From Eutreptiella sp. 'Long Island Sound 2002' (Eukaryota > Protista > Euglenida): a stretch of DNA of 64,000 nucleotides. The position numbers were made by a program, and so were the translations under genes. The notes below the pieces were generated by a model. That model did no database searches. It was not told the origin of the DNA and saw only the letters and a list, made by a program, of their open reading frames with translations. Shown here piece by piece: positions 61,473-64,000 of this stretch. The stretch spans positions 20,522,001-20,586,000 of the forward strand of contig OZ038379.1 of assembly GCA_964036045.1 (NCBI GenBank). The letters are read 5' to 3'. Position 1 is the stretch's first letter, and each line of letters begins with the position of its first letter.

Positions 61473-62796
61473 ATCATAGTCATAGTCATAACCACTTATC
61501 ATGCCGTCTTTTGGAGTTACCGGGCATCTCGCACCGACAGGTGGTTCCTGCCTTGCTCGATCCCGTGGGTCCCAGGGCTGCCTGGGGTGGCCTACAGCAT
61601 GACGGAGGACCCAGAAGACCGGGGATACCGGCCAACCAGGCTTTGGGGGCAGTGGCAACTGCAGAGCAGTAGCATTAGCAACGGCGACGAGCGCTGGCCC
61701 GTCCGATCGCCGGGGGCCATTAGGGCAAGGCATAGCATCGCTGCAGCATAGCAACAAACAGCAAGCAAGGGCACTTCCTATGGGTGGGTGCATTGCAGCA
61801 ACCAAGAAACAAAGCAGCATGCATGCGGCGAAGCAAGAGGTGGCCCCGTCATGCTGACCTCCCTTGATGTCCTTTGACATTTCATCCCCTTGGCCCACGT
61901 GCACCCTGCAACCGGTACCGCACATGCAAAAGTCCATGGACGTGTAGCCAGGGTTTCCGGGGAGCTCCAGCTAGCCTAGCCCTCAGCCTTCATCGCCCCC
62001 TTGTCCGCATCGCATAGGCCATCAGTTGTATGAGCCCACCCCGGGCACCTCGTTTGGACCCCCAGACCGATATACACCATCGTGTATATGCACATGGTAA
62101 TATTCCATTGCCACCAATAGCCGGCAGCCGTGCCCATGGTACACCCCACTGAGCCCCACATATATAGGATTGTGTCCCTCTCCCCAAGGCAGTGAGTGAC
62201 CTGAGCCGACCCGTGGTACTTGTACATACTCTCTTATAATGTAACACGAGGGTCTACAGGGGGGATGCCGGCCACCCCGCAGCATCAGAGGCACAACCCG
62301 TGAATATCGCTGGCTGGGATTCGGGCTGGTGGGTGCCGTAGCTTATGGACCCCCTGTAGGGGCACCCACCAGAGGTTCGCCCCAGGCCGTGGTAACAGGT
62401 TCACCCCATCTGGCCCACATACATTGCCCTGACGCCAACCCTTAACCCTTACCTACGCTGATTGGCCAGCTCCCGTGGTTGTGCCATCTCCGCCACAGTG
62501 GCTGCCAGGCCGCAGGTTCGGCATCCACTGACGACGTGGCATGCCTACTTATAGCATTGGCCTGTGCCTCACCCCCTGGACCTCTCATACAAGCACGGTG
62601 TACAATGGTACATCACGGGCCGCTCTTGCCACTCTACCCCTATATAGCCTTGCAAGCTCGCGATCACCGCTAAGGCTATGCTTGGTGCTTCAACCAGTGC
62701 GTTGCACCACCGCCCGCTCACACCGCCACCGCGCCTCGCCAGGACATTGGGCGCCGCGTACAGCCTGTACCCGCGAGTGCCTCACTCTACGCTCAC

Positions 62797-63317
62797 CAGG
62801 GTTTTGCTTAGTGTCCGTCCTACCCCACCCCGGGTGGGGGGGTGGGTGGGGGGTCTGGCAGAATTTCAGGGTGGGTGGGTGTCCAACCCCCCCCCCCCCC
62901 CCGGGGTGGGGTGGGACTTTGTGGGGGCCCTTGGGTCTATTGAGCCAGTGCCACTTCTTTCTTTCTTCTGTTGCAGGTTCCATGTAACATGTTTATTTAT
63001 GGTGTGTTTACATGGTATTGCATATCACGTGTGCATGCCCCACGCCCATAAAGGGGCTAGGATGCATTGTCATTTGTGTCAAATGCGAAGGGGGCAACGG
63101 TAAAACATGATGGTTGTTCACCTCTGTGAAAAACTTGGTCTTCTGTATTGCATGTCTCAGTTGGGTACGCGGGTGGGTGGGTGGGTGTCAACCCCCCCCC
63201 CCCCCCCCCCGGGGGGGGGGGGTGGGACATTTGTCGGTCTGTGGGTATGCCAAAATTCTGGGTGGGTGGGTCCCTGAATTAACCCCCCCCCCCCTAGGGG
63301 GGCTAAGCAAAACCCTG
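62797..63317. mobile_element. 521-bp hAT-like MITE in intron
   Basis: TIR CAGGGTTTTGCTTAG / CTAAGCAAAACCCTG; flanks ACGCTCAC / ACACTCAC (8 bp, 1 mismatch). Confidence 0.85.
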
Positions 63318-63429
63318 ACACTCACCATCGCCATCGCCCCCGCAGCCATGCTGCCGGCCATGTGTGTAGAGGTTAATCGGTTAGGCTATGTACATGCCCG
63401 CAGGCAGAGTCCCTCTAGTTTGCTTGTGG

Positions 63430-63935
63430 GGACAAGGGATGCCCCGATACGCCCTCTGAGTTGTTTCACGGGCCACAGGGACACCCCAGTACCTCCATGA
63501 GTTGTTCGAGTGGTCACGGGACAATTCACTACTCCCACTGAGTTGCTCCTGGGACCCGTGGGCGGCCCCTATACCTCCCTGAGTTGGTCCTGGGGTCAGG
63601 GGACACCCCCATACCCCCACAAATTTTCTCCCGGGGCCCGTGGGCGGCCCCGATACCTCCCTGGGTTGGTCGTGCGGTCAAGGGACACCCCCATACCCCC
63701 ACAGATTTTCTCCGGGGGCCCGTGGGCCCTCCCTTGGTGGGTACCGGGGTCAAGGGAGACCCCCATACCCCCACAAATTTTCTCCCGGGGCCCGTGGGCG
63801 GCCCCGATACCTCCCTGGGTTGGTCCTGGGGTTAGGAGGCACCCCTATACCCCCACGAATTTTCTTCCGGGGCATGTGGGCTGCCCCAATACCTCCTTGA
63901 GTTGTTCCTGGGGCCAAGGGGCACCCCCATAGCGG
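63430..63935 (+). repeat. ~82-bp GC-rich tandem repeat
   Basis: GGGACACCCCCATACCCCCAC-like starts at ~63600, 63682, 63754, 63836, 63918. Confidence 0.8.
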
Positions 63936-64000
63936 CATCCCCCCACTGCCAGACCGCATACACGTACACCCGTCCAAGCCATAATGCCCGCCTGAGCCTT

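Noticed and set aside
60696-61937. IHTY/MYVC-repeat proteins
   Set aside because: Translations of intronic (TACA)n; only 60756-61046 is coding.
62960-63000. Exon 3 of the ABC1 kinase after TTCTGTTGCAG
   Set aside because: Phase-0 reading stops after three codons and the site lies inside a MITE.

Overview
Repeat-dense eukaryotic nuclear DNA, probably from a euglenid (inference: a relic matching the Euglena-type spliced leader at 40185-40211, gag-YR-RT ordered VIPER/TATE-like retroelements, TTAGGG-containing repeats, GT-AG introns). Only two host-type genes are supportable: an intronless membrane-bound hybrid histidine kinase/receiver gene with one 5' frameshift (19416-21805) and the first two exons of an ABC1/ADCK-family atypical kinase (59658-61046). 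The rest is nested, mostly decayed mobile DNA and tandem repeats. It includes a modular element (CTAG hairpins + 85-bp array + ~200-bp core) followed by a 5-kb 48-bp TTAGGG-bearing satellite, an ISL2EU/Harbinger-type DDE transposon and its MITE, a Ty3/Gypsy pol and a chromodomain remnant. It also has L1-like LINEs with a C-terminal cellular-type RNase H, two tyrosine-recombinase element remnants, hAT-like MITEs, a CCCTAG-TIR transposon, a Ulp1-protease/zinc-finger ORF, a possible Academ-like element with a PHD finger, three tRNA-like Pol III modules and a ~1.7-kb composite repeat in two clusters. Most short ORFs in the track are spurious translations of repeats. Family assignments come from motif reading only; no database search was run.
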